Source of the DNA: Octopus sinensis
Lineage: Eukaryota
DNA length: 64,000 bases
Assembly: GCF_006345805.1 (NCBI RefSeq)
Contig: NC_043013.1
Span: 52,328,001 to 52,392,000 of the forward strand
Reading direction: 5' to 3'
Part shown: positions 1 to 13,375 of the stretch, one piece after another
Layout: every line of letters begins with the position of its first letter
How positions within the stretch are numbered: position 1 is the first letter of the stretch
The notes under the pieces: model-generated
Databases searched by the model: none
What the model was told of the DNA's origin: nothing
Seen by the model: only the letters and a program-made list of their open reading frames with translations
Program-made: the position numbers and the translations under genes

Positions 1-859
1 TGACTAGTCCCCTCTCCCCGAATTTCAGGCCTTGTGCCTTTAGAAGGAAGGGTTATTATTATTAAGGTGATGAGCTGGCACAATCATTTGCATGTCAAGC
101 AAAATGCTTTGTGGCTTTTTCTTTGTCTTAATGTTCTGAGTTCAAATGCTGCTGGGGTCGACTTTGGCTTTCATCCTTTCGGGGTCAATAAAGTACCAGT
201 TTAACACTGGGGTTGATATAATCAACTTACCTCCCCCTCCCCTGAAATTGCTGGCCTTGTGTCAAAATTTGAAACCATTATTATTCTTATCATTATTATA
301 ATTATTTTCATTATCATCATCATCATCATCATCACAATCATTATCATCATCAACATCATCATCATCATTGTCGTTATTATTAAGGTAGCGAGCTGGCAGA
401 ATCGTTAGTACACTGGACAAAATGCTTAGCAGTATTTCATCTATCTTTGTGTTCTGAGTTCAAATTCCACTGAGGTCAGTTTTGCCTTTCATCCTTTCGG
501 AGTCGATAAATTAAGTACCAGTTATGCACTGGGGTCGATGCAGTACTTGTGTCTACAGTAGAAAGGATTGTTATTATTATGAAGCTGTTGATGGTGATAA
601 AGTAGTAGTTAATATCATGCAGCTTTTCCAAGTAGGAACATGTAGCCCACATGACAACAAGCTGCTACATGTGGCATAACATTGTTAGTTTTACTGTAGA
701 ACAAACCCCTTCCCACCTTCTCACCCCTCCATCATCTACCTTACTATTCATGACTCCTCCTCATGTGACCACCCCCTCCAACAATTTCTTGTTTATAAAA
801 CAAAATAAGTTTCAGCTCATTTTGTTAATTCACTGAGTTGTTACTGTAGTCCTAGGTAC

Positions 860-1460
860 ACTGTGCCTCATCTAGCACATCTAGGTGTTCCAGACATGGC
901 CATCTCTTCTGATATTACACAGTCTGTTTTGGACTACATTATGTCATATGTCCTTATTGTTTAGCCATAGGTCAGCCCTGATCTACTAGATTAAAGCAGT
1001 CCAGATATGACCATCCCATTTTGTATTCAGACATTAGTGTATCTAACAAGACATTACTGTATTGTGTATTATTGTTTAGCCCTAGGCCAGACCTGACCAT
1101 ACCAGCAGGTGTTCCAAATATGATCATCCCATCTTTCATCCAGGCATAGTCAATCTAAGACTACAATATCTAATGTGTCCCTCTTTGCTACTGTATAACC
1201 CCAGGTCAATCTTTATCCAGCAGATCTAGATGTTCCATATGTGACCAACTCATCTTTTATTCAGGCTTTACACAGTGTATCTAGCACTATATTATCTTTA
1301 ACCCTAGGTCAGTCCTGATCCAGAAGACCTGGCTGTTCCAGATATGACCACCTCATCTTTTATTCATAGTGTATCTAGGATTACATTAATCTCATGTGTC
1401 CATCCTTGTTGCTGTTTAACCCCAGATCAGTCTTGTTCCAGATATGACCATCCTGCCTCC
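860..1460. repeat. Degenerate tandem array, ~5 units of ~100-120 bp
   Basis: Recurrent TGTTCCAGATATGACCATC...GTGTATCTAG...TTTAGCCCTAGGTCAG motif. Mirrored in the right arm at ~25600-26070. Confidence 0.75.
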
Positions 1461-1512
1461 ACCCTTTCCACTGTGTTGGCTGAAAATCTTTTGGTCTTTT
1501 GTTTGGAAACAG

Positions 1513-1645
1513 GTTTATTGGAACAAAGATGGTTTCTTGAAGCTGAAGTTGGCAGACTTTGGTTTGGCTATGGAAATAACAGAAGACATTTATACGGTGT
1601 GTGGCACACCGACATATGTGGCACCAGAGATCCTAACACAAGAAG
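1513..1645 (+). CDS. DCLK3: Doublecortin-like kinase (DCLK3-like), internal exon A (DFG motif, activation loop, APE)
   Basis: ag|GTT at 1511-1513 and G|gtcagt at 1645/1646. Encodes [44 protein letters not shown](G). The [23 protein letters not shown] pattern is typical of DCLK kinases. Confidence 0.9.
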
Positions 1646-1734
1646 GTCAGTAATGCCCTTATATGGGATGAGGGGGTGGGGACGACAGGGTGGAATTGTT
1701 GTTTGCATTTAATACACACTGACGTAAACTTTCT

Positions 1735-2165
1735 GTGTGTACATACACACATATACACACAGGTATGTGTTTATACATACAATACACACACAAAGTATGT
1801 ATTTATACATACATGCACAAACACACAAGCATGTATTTATACAAATATACACATACATCTACTTACACACACACACACACAGGCATGTATTTATACATAC
1901 ATGCACACAAGTATGTATTTATACATACATCTGTATTTATACATACACACACACAGGCATGTGTTTATACATATATGCACATACAGGTGTCTATTTATAC
2001 ATATATACACATACATTTGTGTTTATACATACACACACACAGACATGTATTTATACACGTATGCACACAGGCGTGTATTTATACATATATACACATACAT
2101 CTGTGTTTATATATACACACACACTGACATGTGTTTATACATATATGCACACACAGGACTTATTC
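1735..2165. repeat. Degenerate CA/TA-rich minisatellite
   Basis: Repeated CAGGCATGTGTTTATACATATATACACACA-like units. Confidence 0.8.
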
Positions 2166-2572
2166 TTTGTAAGCCTAGTATTTATTCTATTGGTCTCTTT
2201 TGCCAAACTGTTAAGTTACAGGAATGCAAACACACCAACATCGGTTGTCAAGTGATGTTGGGAGATAAACACAGACACAAAGACACACACACACACAAAC
2301 ACACACACGTGTATATGTATATAAGATGAGCTTCTTTCAGTTTCCATCTACCAAATCCACTCACAATGCTTTGGTTAGTCTGAGGCTATAGTAGAAGACA
2401 CTTGCCCAAGGTGCCATGCAGTGGGACTGAACCCAGAACCATGTGGTTGGGAAGCAAGCTTCTTACCACATAGCCATGTGTAAATAAATAAGCGTTACAT
2501 TTGACAATCTGAATTCTAAAAGAATGATGATAAATGATGTTCTTTTTTTTTATTATTGTAAATGTTCTTTAG

Positions 2573-2740
2573 GCTATGGGCTTGAAGTGGACATGTGGGC
2601 AACCGGTGTGATTTGTTTTATACTCCTGTGTGGCTTCCCACCATTTCATAGCCATGACAGACGACAGTCGGATCTTTTCGAGAAAATCAAGTCAGGAGAA
2701 TACGAATTCCTAACCCCGTATTGGGATCAAATTTCGAAAT
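2573..2740 (+). CDS. DCLK3: DCLK3-like exon B (subdomains IX-X), 168 nt, phase 1-1
   Basis: tttag|GC acceptor and AAAT|gtgagt donor. Encodes GYGLEVDMWATGVICFILLCGFPPFHSHDRRQSDLFEKIKSGEYEFLTPYWDQISK, which closely resembles DCLK3 (GYGLEVDMWAAGV..LLCGFPPF..YWDNIS). Splice phases match exons A and C. Confidence 0.92.
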
Positions 2741-3701
2741 GTGAGTAGCAGTTATATAATCAACTCTTGTTTATTACATTGGTACAAATGCAGGAATTAA
2801 GTGGGAAGGTGTTAATTATTGATTAGATTGACCCCAGAGCTTGTCCAGGTATTTACACGAGTGATGATGCTTGTACTTAAATGTGTGTGATATTGGTCTT
2901 AATGATCTCATATAATAAACATTTAATCATAATCATTTAATACAAAAATTATGCAATGATGTCTGTATAATGTAAAGGATGTGTGTGATAATGGAAATTA
3001 TTTCTTTATATGCGTCTGGGAAGAAATTGATAGTGTTTCTAACCTGTGACCTTTGCTTCATCCTCACCATACTAGTGACGCTGTGGAGGCACAATGGCCC
3101 AGTGGTTAGGGCAATGGACTCGCAGTCGTAGGATCACAGTTTTGATTCCCAGATCAGGCATTGTGAGTGTTTATCAGTGAAAACACCTAAAGTACCACGA
3201 GGCTCCGGCAGGGGGTGGTGATCCCTGCTGTACTCTTTCACCACAACTTTCTCTCACTCTTACTTCCTGTTTCTTTTGTGCCTGTATTTTAAAGGGCCAG
3301 CCTTGTCAAACTCTGTGTCACGCTGAATCTCCTCGAGAACTGCGTTAAGGGTACACGTGTCTGTGGAGTGCTCAGCCACTTACACGTTAATTTCACAAGC
3401 AGGCTGTTCTGTTGATCGGATCAACTGGAACCCTCGTGGTCGTAACCAATGGAGTGCCACGACTGGTGAGGCTGATTGAGTTCCAGTGGGTGGCAGGATT
3501 GGGGAGAAAGGATTAGCTACATTAACGCATGGTTCCAGAAACAATACACAGTAGATGGAAAGAGGCTTGGAACATCCGGCAAGTTTGGACAAGGGTGATG
3601 GAGAAGCTGTGGTAGTAACAAGAAGTGGAGGGGACACAGGGAGTAGATTTGAACATGTTAGTATTGTAGTTTGTTGGTGAAACGAATGTGTGGGCAATAG
3701 C

Positions 3702-3753
<52 letters not shown>

Positions 3754-3819
3754 CTGTTCCTTCCTCAGACAGGTGAAAAGGGTTCTAAAAATGAATGGTT
3801 TCTCTTTGATCATTTGCAG

Positions 3820-4034
3820 ATGCTAAAGGTCTCATTCGACATCTTCTAGTGGTCGACCGAAGACGGCGTTACACAGCTGTTGACGTACTCTGCCATCCGT
3901 GGATCCTTTGTGGTGGCAACATTACATGGATTCTCCATGGTCAGGAGTTGGCCAACAACCAGAAAAGACTCCGTGAAAAGTTGAGCAGTGATGGAAGAAA
4001 ATATTTGAATAATTTCAAAAAACAAAAAATATGA
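3820..4034 (+). CDS. DCLK3: DCLK3-like terminal coding exon C (subdomain XI and tail)
   Basis: tttgcag|AT acceptor. Encodes (Y)AKGLIRHLLVVDRRRRYTAVDVLCHPWILCGG...KQKI, with TGA at 4032-4034. Confidence 0.88.
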
Positions 4035-4303
4035 AAAACAAAATAACCAAAATAACAAAAAAAAAACATTTTTGTCTTGTGTTTTTCTTTTAATATTTGA
4101 TATGATCCAAGATGGCAAGCTAGCAGAATCGGTAGGGCACCGGGCGACATGCTCCGTGGCATTTCATCTGTCTTTTCATTTTGAGTTCAAATTCTGCCAC
4201 AGTTGACTTTGCCTTTCACCATTTCAGGGTTCATGAAATAAATAACCCATACAGCACTGACCTCCACCCCTGAAATTACTGGCCTTGTCACAGAATTTGA
4301 AAC

Positions 4304-4357
<54 letters not shown>

Positions 4358-4469
4358 CATTATTGTTATTATTATTATTATCATCATTATTGTTATTATT
4401 ATTATTATTATCATTATTATTATTATTATATTATTATTATTATTATCATTGTTGTTATTATTATCATTA

Positions 4470-4512
<43 letters not shown>

Positions 4513-6311
4513 AGGTGGCAAGCTGGCAAAATCGTTAGCATTCTGGATGAAATGCTTAGTGGCATTTTGGCCATTGCTACGTTCTGAGTTCAAATTCTTC
4601 CGTGAGCGACTTTGCCTTTCATCCTTTCGGGGTCGACAAATTTAGTACCAGTTACACACTGGGGTTGATGTAATTGACTCACCCCCTCCCCCAAAATTGC
4701 TGCCCTTGTGGCAAAATTTGAAGCCATTATTATTATTAGTGTTAAGGCAATTAGCTAGCAGAATCGTTAGCATCCTGGATGAAACGCTTAGTGGTATTTC
4801 GCCAATCACTACATTCTGAGTTCAACTTCCACCAAGGTCAACTTTGCCTTTCATCCTTTCAGGGCTGATGAAATAAGTACAGGGGTCAATGTACCCGACT
4901 CATCCCCACCTGCTACAAGCTACCCTTGTGGCAAAAATTTGAAATTACTATTAAAATTTTTTGCTCTCTCTTCTCCATTCCAATACTTAAGTGGCCCAAA
5001 GTACTGGGAAGGATAAAAAGTGAAGCTGACCTTGCATGGGATTGAACTCAGGATGTATAAGGCAACAACAGCATTCAGCAACTTATTTAGTTCTACCTTC
5101 TACCAAGTCTAACAATCTATTACTACTACTACTAATAAATGGTTACTGGTTTAGTCACAGAGACAACAATTTCAAAAGGAGGGATTTAGTTGATTCCGTT
5201 GACCCCAGTATATGACTGGTACTTCATTCTATCAACTCTAAAAGGTGGGGTTAATCATGATGGGATTTGAATTCAGAATGTAAAAAAGTAGGAACAAATA
5301 CCACAAGGTATATATTTCTGATGCTCAAACAATTCTGCTAGCTCATAATAATAATAATAATAATATAATAATAATGATGATGATTATAATAATAATACTA
5401 TTTTAAAAGGATTGATGAAACTCTTCCCAAAGGTAAATAGACAATACAAAGAGCTCTTTGTAATAATAATAATAATAATAATAATAATCCCTCCTTATTT
5501 TAGCACAAGCCAGCAATTTTTATGGGTGGAGAAGTCAATTACATTGACCCCCCCCCACCAGTACTCAACTGGTACATATCTTATTGACCCTTACTGAATG
5601 AGATGTAAAGTCGACCTCAGCAGCATTTCAGCTCAAAACATAAACAGGTATGACCAAAAGAAATGGTGCCAACCATTCTGTCTAGCACAGTAAGAATTCT
5701 ACCAGCTTGCCATTATTTTAATACCATTTTATTCTTCCATGTTTCCATGGATTGGACAGATGTTCTCCAACACAACCCTTCACCATTTGAAGTTCAACCA
5801 CCTTGAGGGATACCTTTTTTTTCCACTTCTTCCCTGGTCCTTCTCCATGTCCCTCTCTTGCAGATTTCATCTGTTTAAATCACGTAGCTTTTCTTTTACC
5901 AAACAACCATGCTAAATGCTTAGAGGTATTTCTCCCTTTGATTCAGGGATGTATGCAGCCCCATCTCCTCCCTTAAGCACTACATCCGACATCACCCATT
6001 CCTAGTTTTTCTCTTTCAGCTCGTTTCAATATCACAGAGAATATATGATAAAAAAATAAATTCATTTTATCAAATCTATTAACAAAAATAATTCTATCCA
6101 TTTTACAAAAAATGGCAAACTGTGAGTGTAAAAGATTTTCATTTCTTTTGTTTGGTGAAGAGATACATTTTATGAGGTTGCACAAATCTGTATTTTAAAT
6201 TAAAAAACAAAAATTGCCCTGAAAATCCTGTGAAAACAAACCCCTGTCCCCAATCCCTTATTTGTAAGGACAATTAAAATTCATACCATTATATTTATCA
6301 TTCTTTAAATC

Positions 6312-6499
6312 CTATAAACGACTCTTGAGGCACTCTGCGTGCCCTACTAGGGATAGTGGAACAGTTCGATAAATCCATCTCTCTTTCGGATCAAGATGAT
6401 TCAGAAAATTACCAGACGAATGGATCTCATCCTTGGTGAAGGGTAAAAACAATTCTTCATACTGTTCCTCGTTTGGCTTTTCAGGGTAGAGGTAGTCAC
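6312..6499 (-). pseudogene. NUDT19: Orphan duplicate of NUDT19 terminal exon (intact acceptor, ORF, stop and PTS1)
   Basis: ttgcag|GTGAC acceptor. Encodes (G)DYLYPEKPNEEQYEELFLPFTKDEIHSSGNFLNHLDPKERWIYRTVPLSLVGHAECLKSRL*. It has 9 nt differences in 188 from the + strand exon, and no exon 1-2 is present on the - strand in this window. Confidence 0.8.
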
Positions 6500-9400
6500 C
6501 TGCAAGAATAAATTGTAACTGAAGACCTGAGTTCAAACACAACTAAAGTTTAGCTGGACTTCACCTTTTTTTGTTTTTTAATTAGTGACACCAGTTTTAA
6601 AGAAAGTGTTATTTTAAAACAAGAAATTGTTGCAGTGAAATATTGCAATTATTTTGATGTTGTGCAGTGGTACTGCAAAGAGATCATTGCAGTCTAGGGT
6701 ACGCAGGTTCAATCCTAGGGCATGATAGTGAAGACAGGATAATCATCTTATTAAAGTTGTCTAAATTCTAATGAAAGCCGTCAGTAGTCTGTGAGACAAC
6801 CAGTCCCTGTGTCTGTGTGTATAGATCATCATCATCATCATCATCATTTAACGTCCATTGTTCATGCTGGCATGGGTTGGACGGTTTGACCAGGGCTGGC
6901 AAGCTAGAAGGCTACACTAGACCCCAGTCTGCTTTGACCTGGTTCCTACAGCTGGATGCTCTTTCTAGTGCCAACCACTCTGAGAGTGTAATGGGTGCTC
7001 TTACGTGCCACTGGCATGGGTGCCATTTGCTTGACACCAGTATCTGCCACATCTGTGATTTTGCTCAGCTTGATGGGTCTTTTATCTCAAGCATGACATA
7101 ATGCCAAAGCTCTCAGTCATTGCCTCCATGAAGTTCAACAATCGAAAGGATCTTTTCATGTGCCACTAGCATAATCCTCTTTGCCTCTGTGAGGTGCAAT
7201 CCTCAAAAGGTGCTTTTTATGTGCTACTGGCATGGGTGCCAGTTATGCGACACCAGCACCAGCCTTCACTACGATTTCACTTGGCATCAGTTTTTCATGC
7301 TGGCATGGGTTGGACGGTCTGATAGGAATTGGTAATCTGGAGAGCTGCATCCAGTGTATATGGAGCTGTGTTGCAAATTACGTATAATTTGGCTGTTGTT
7401 AGTTTGTTTCTTAAGGAGGGACATGACTCAGAACACTGTTGCTGTACAAATTGATTGATCAGTCTTCATGCATTAAGCTCATTTGGCAGGTTGCAGTTGG
7501 GATTAATACCTATTTATTTATATATATATGTATACTCCAAGAACGTTAGGGGTTGTGGATCCAACCCATTAAGGGATAATATCCATCCAATGTACTGTTG
7601 GTAGAATACCCAATTATTAATACACAAGTGTTTTTCTATTGCATTGCAATTAACTTACCTATTGTATTAAATGGGTGAAGGTAAAGAGGTATTTTACCAT
7701 TAATTTATATCGCAAATAAGAAAATGGAGAACAATAGTTGGTTCATCAACCTTAGGACATTAAAATTGATAAGTTATTTATTTATTATAATGATAATTAT
7801 AATAATAACATACACACATATAGCATATTATTCAATGCATATAAAAATAAGAATACAAGTATTATTAAAAAACATGTTCCTCCATTTTCTTATTTGCTAT
7901 GTGTGTGTGTGTGTGTCTATAATAATCAATTAAGTAAACAGAAGATGGAATTGGTATAACTACTAATTTTGTATGACGATTATTTTGACCCATCCTGCAT
8001 CCACCCTTTATGGGTGAGGTGCTGTGCCTCATATTATGTTGCATCAATCTTGCAGTCTGGGTCACATCAAGTACATCCATACGTGAAGTGGTGTCTCGCT
8101 AAAGATCTTGATTCTGGGGCAGTCATGTTGTTACTTGCCCACTTCATTTAGGGAATATATACGTATTTTACACTAACTAACACTGCGGAATTCCAGAAGT
8201 AGATCCAAAGGAAATGTACCCCAATTGTGGATGACATCAGGTAGCCCAAACTGTAGCAGTGCTTTACTCAACACATCAGCATACTAATTGACATATACTC
8301 ATTAGCCTGAAATATTACATAGGAGTGGCTGTGTGGTAAGAAGCTTGCTTCCCAACCTTATAGTTCTGGGTTCAGTTCCACTGTGTGGAACCTTAGCAAG
8401 TGTCTTCTATTATAGCCTCAGGTCGACCAAAGATTTGTGAGTGGTTTTGGTAGATGGAAACTGAAAGAAGCCTATCATATATGTGTGTGTGTTTGTATGT
8501 ATAGTGTAGCACAATCAGTAAGTTGTCATAACGGGACTCAGATTTTCAAATGCTGGAGCTAAGGGCCACGATGCATTCTCATTGGCTATTATTGATTGTT
8601 GTAAACTATACATATAAATTCTTCTATTTATCTAATATCTAGGTCCTATTCTTTTGTTGTCATTCATTATTATTGTTATTATTATTATATATACTTATAT
8701 ATATATATGAAGACATATATATTTGTGTGTGTGTGTTCATCCCCCCACCATTGCTTGACAACTGATGTTGATGTGTTTACATCCCCATAACTTAGTGGTT
8801 CAGCAAATGAGACCAACAGAATAAGTCCCTGGCTTACAAAATATAAGTCCTGGTGTCGATTAGTTCGACTAATGGCAGTGCTCTAGCATGGTCGCAGTCA
8901 AATGACTGAAACAAGTAAAAGAATATATATTTCAAACAATTACAAAGATTATGGAGACTGGCACCGTTTCAAATTTCTCTACTAATTTTACAGTTGGTCA
9001 GCATAATTATTTGGTCATTATTGTAAGCAATTAATTTTGCTATTAGATCAACTGTAAAATTAAAAAGAAAAAATTGATGATATACCATTCTCCATATTCT
9101 ATATAACTGTTTGGAATCTACACTCCTGAAAAATTTCATAATCCGGAGAAGTGAACCCAGAGTTATCCATCAGAAAAATTATAGCATGATTGCTAACACT
9201 AAGCAATCTTTGATTCTTATCACTACTTGATGAGGTTAGCCGTAACCTGGAGTCTATCTCAGAACTACCATGGTACCCACCTAGATAACTTTATCCCTGT
9301 ATACTCACATAATCACTTATATGTGGATGTGTATAAAGTTATACACTTCTGCCAGCATGGAACATGAGTGTTATATGATTGTGTATATCTATCTATCTAT

Positions 9401-9627
9401 CTATATATATATATAAAGTGGAACAAACCACCTTTTATCAATACATATAATAGAAATATTAAATATAAAATAACAATAAATCTCTCTCTATATAAACGGC
9501 AGTTTGTATATAATAATTTTGAATTGATAAAAGGTGTTTTTTTTCTAATTTTTATATATATATTATATTTTGTGAAATTTGATTTAGTATTTCTAAATTG
9601 AATTTTTCCCTGTAAGTTTTCCCTCAA

Positions 9628-9687
<60 letters not shown>

Positions 9688-10633
9688 ACATAAAGGTGGC
9701 AGTTCTTGTTTACACATGGTTGTAGATATTTAAGAAAGGAAAATATGGTAAAAATGCACAGGAGGTTTGTATAATAAAATTTATGCTAATATTAAGATCA
9801 TAATGAAACAAAGACTTGTATTACAATATTATATAATAAACTAGGAGTACCAGTGACAGAAATGGTGTCCCCAAGATTTAGCAAAAATTCTCTCTCTATG
9901 GAAATCTGAGACCTTGGAAGTTTGATAAGCATAAGACACGAAACTGGTTCTGGTTCTCATAGTTTATATATATATAGAATCAACAGATGAGATTGAGAGA
10001 ATCTTAGATTAAAAATAACACTTAGTAATGCTCAAATGGTTTTATTTAAACACTGATAACTTTACTGAGGACCAAGTCTGCAGCTTAAAGAATGGCTACA
10101 AGGAGAATCCAGGTGAGCAGTGAGCAGGTATGGAGACAATGATTCAAATAAACAGATAAAAACTTAGGTTTTAATGTACAATATATGTATATATATACAT
10201 AAACATCGAAATAAATGGAAACAGTAGTTGTGATACCTGTGCCGGTGGCACGTAAAAAACACCATCCAAACGTGGCCGATGCCAGCGCCGCCTTGATTGG
10301 CTTGTGCTGGTAAAAAGCACCAACCAATTGTGGCCAATGCCAGCCTCCCCTGGCACCTGTGCCAGTGGCACGTAAAAAGCACCCACTACACTCATGGAGT
10401 GGTTGGCATTAGGAAGGGCATCCAGCTGTAGAAACTCTGCCAGATCAAGATTGGAGTCTGGTGCAGCCATCTGGTTCGCCAGCTCTCAGTCAAATCGTCC
10501 AACCCATGCTAGCATGGAAAGCAGACGTTAAACGATGATAATGATGATATATATAAATCTACACATATCTTTTTACACGTATATATATTTTTATACATTA
10601 AAATCCAAAGTTTTATCTATTCATTTGAATCAT

Positions 10634-10666
<33 letters not shown>

Positions 10667-11309
10667 ATCTATATATATATATATATGTATGTATGAATAT
10701 ATGCATACATATATATATAATTATTTTTTAAAAAATGAAGAAAAAAGACAAGAACAAACAGCAATACGAGGACGAGGTACATGCAAAGTATTAATAAATT
10801 GCTCAGGTAAGGAAAGAAAGGGTGTTTTACGTTTCGTGCAAAGCTCCTATTCAGAAACGGGAGACAGAGGAAAGCCCAAGAGAAAAGAAAGACAGAGGAA
10901 ATTAATCACCAGCAATCCACATGTAGCTACATTTTGGAATATATATGTGTATATATAAATAAGCATGTATAAAGTATAAGTGTATGTATAAAATACTGCA
11001 TATATAAGAGGTAAGTTACAGCGTTTAGACAGTACAATCTTCTTTCATCCAAGCAAGATATTTAATCACAGACAGAGCATAATGACTCAGCAAATAGTTC
11101 TTAATTACTAATTAAGTTTCAATTCATTTTTACCGAAGACCGTGATGTAAGGGGAGTAACTCTACACAACAAATGTAGTCCATTTGAAATGACAAATAAC
11201 AGGTAAACTTCATAGCATTAGTCATAGCTATGTATGTGTACGTATATAAAAATACATACATACATTCATGCACACACACACATATTTATATATGAATAAA
11301 TGCAATGTG

Positions 11310-11530
11310 CAGCAGAAAAACCTGCTTCAATGATGCGAGGTGTGGCAGAAAACCCTCCCACATTGATGTGAGGTGCGGCAGAAAAGCCTCCCTTTTACAT
11401 AGGGTCTTTGTTGGAAGGTGGGACAGAAACCCCTGCTTCATTGATGCAAGGTGCGGCATAAGAACCTCCCACATTGATGCAAGGTGAGGCAGAAAAACCT
11501 CCCACATTCATCCCAGGTGCAGCAGAAAAA
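11310..11530. repeat. 33-bp minisatellite, ~6-7 degenerate units
   Basis: Consensus approx. GCAGAAAAACCTCCCACATTGATGCAAGGTGCG in head-to-tail units with no spacers. Confidence 0.8.
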
Positions 11531-12380
11531 TGCTTTTGTTGGCCTGTGGCTCTAGCAGAAACACCTCCCCAAGGTTCTACGCAGTGGGACTGAGCCCGGA
11601 ACCATGTGGTTGGCAAGGAAACCTCTTACCGTACAGCCATGCCTGCGCCTATATCAACCTTTCTTCCAAACACCGATTTAATCTGATAATGAAGAATTTG
11701 TTTCATAATTTTCAAAATCGATTGAAATAAAGGAATTGTATTGCACTAGAAATATGGCAAGAAAGAAATAAGAATCGTTAGCATGCCGGACGAAATGCTG
11801 AGCTGTATTTCGTCTGTCTTTATGTTCTGAGTTCAAATTCCGCCGAGGTTGACTTTGCCTTTCATTCTTTCGGGGTTGATTAAATAGGTACCAGTTACAC
11901 ACTGAGGTCAATGTAATCGACTTAATCCATTTGTCTGTCCTTGTTTGTCCCCTCTGTGGTTAGCCCCTTGTGGGTAGTAAAGAAATAGAAATAGGTATTT
12001 CGTCAGCCGTTACGTTCTGAGTTCAAATTCCGCCGAGGTCGACTTACCCTTTCATCCTTTTGGGGTCGATAATTTAAGTACCAGTTACGTACTGAGGTCG
12101 ATCTAATCGACTGCCCCCCCCCACCAAATTTCGGGTTTTGTGCCTAGAGTAGAAACGAATATCACTAACTGTTCAAATTTATCCTTTCAAATTTTCCTTG
12201 TTAAAACAGAATTAGAAATTGAACCAATTCCGCCGTAGAATGATGTTTAAAAACCTATTTGTTGAATGGTCGGTTAATTTTGTGTATCTGGTGCTACGTA
12301 GGAACAGTCTATCTGTGAGAATCTGCTTTTACGGTCTCGTGTCTTGTTTTGTTCTTTGTTGCTTGTATAGTTTTCAGTTG

Positions 12381-12725
12381 TGGAGGCGCAATGGTTCAGT
12401 GGTTAGGGCAGCGGACACGCGGTCGTACGATCGAGGTTTCGATTTCCAGACCGGACGCTGTGAGTGTTTATTGAACGAAAACACCTAAAGCTCTACGAGG
12501 CTCCAGCAAGGGGCGAGGACGAACCTTGCTGAACCCTTTCACCTCAACTTTCTCTTACTCTGTAATTTCAAAGGGCCAGCCTTGTCACACTCTGTGTCAC
12601 GCTGAATCTCCCCGAAAATTACGTTAAGGCTACACGTATCTGTGGGTACACGTTAATTTCACGAGCAGGCTGTTCCGTCGATTGGATCAACTGGAACCCT
12701 CGTCGTCGTAACCGACGGAGTGACA
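12381..12725 (+). mobile_element. tRNA-derived SINE family C (GGAGGCGCAATGG..CAGTGGTTAGGGCAGCGGAC...), representative copy
   Basis: A-box TGGTTCAGTGG and B-box-like GGTTTCGATTTCC, then a shared body. Other approximate copies: 3085-3460, 18460-18705, 24805-24960(-), 29950-30260(-). Confidence 0.78.
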
Positions 12726-13375
12726 CGTCAGTTTCCAATTATGACCATGTATTATTTAAGGAATCAGAAATTTTCGGTAATTTGAACCCTCTCTCTCTCG
12801 CTCTCTTCCAAGATCCTAAACTTTATTCTTAAAGTTTTATCGTAAGACAATAACCGTAAACCTAATAATAGCCGAAATCCCAACTAAGAATACAATTAGA
12901 AGAAAATAATTTAATGGATTATAAATTGTATTCAAATTTTATTGAATACAACTAGAAAGACAAAAAGAAAAAATCAATCGCATCGTTAAGTATTCATTTC
13001 GAAATAGTTTCTCTGTCAGACGGTAAAGTCCGGAATCTTTGTTAAAGTGGTCATATCTTGGGTGTCACCGGTTGTAGATGTAAGGGAGGTAACTGTTAAA
13101 CCTTAACGACGTTTCGCATTCTTGAGGATTAAAGAGTAAAGGTTAAAGAAGAAGGATTAAAGATTAAAGAAAAAAGAAGACAACACCAGGCAAATGGCTT
13201 TACGAAGTCGCAACTAATATTTCTCTCCCAGTGGATTTTGATGTCGCATTCTGCAACATTTGTCATCGACTAACACACACACACACACACACACACATGT
13301 GTCCTAGTTTGAAATATTTTGTCAAACATTGATATCCGTCACTGCTAAGACAGGAACCAGGAGTTTATTCCACAA

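Larger units (their letters stand above)
527..11200 (+). repeat. Left arm of large inverted segmental duplication
   Basis: Colinear reverse-complement matches to the right arm: 527-830 vs 26930-27228, 985-2110 vs 25100-26070, 3296-8285 vs 21410-24965, and 10270-11205 vs 20140-21300. Confidence 0.92.

Noticed and set aside
1676-2329. Long ORFs rich in Y/I/H/T/C/V/L/S runs here and at 4187-4512, 28069-28522, 30254-30740, 37460-38755, 38864-39363, 44086-44664, 48491-49743, 51333-52857
   Set aside because: Translations of microsatellite or low-complexity DNA that lack stops by composition.
5973-6185. 70-aa ORF duplicated at 22792-23004
   Set aside because: Lies in the NUDT19 3' UTR region; the similarity reflects the DNA duplication, not protein conservation.
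11310-11530. CRISPR-like array
   Set aside because: Head-to-tail degenerate units with no unique spacers and no cas genes, in a eukaryotic context.
12381-12455. tRNA gene (also 3085-3160, 18460-18530, 51165-51230)
   Set aside because: Has A/B boxes but no complete cloverleaf. The first three continue into multi-copy SINE bodies, and the last is too degenerate.
13194-13217. Short uORF (MALRSRN*) upstream of NUDT19
   Set aside because: The transcription start is unknown and such a short ORF is expected by chance.
6312-13375. Second complete NUDT19 gene on the - strand
   Set aside because: Only exon 3 is present; I found no reverse-complement copy of exon 1 or 2.
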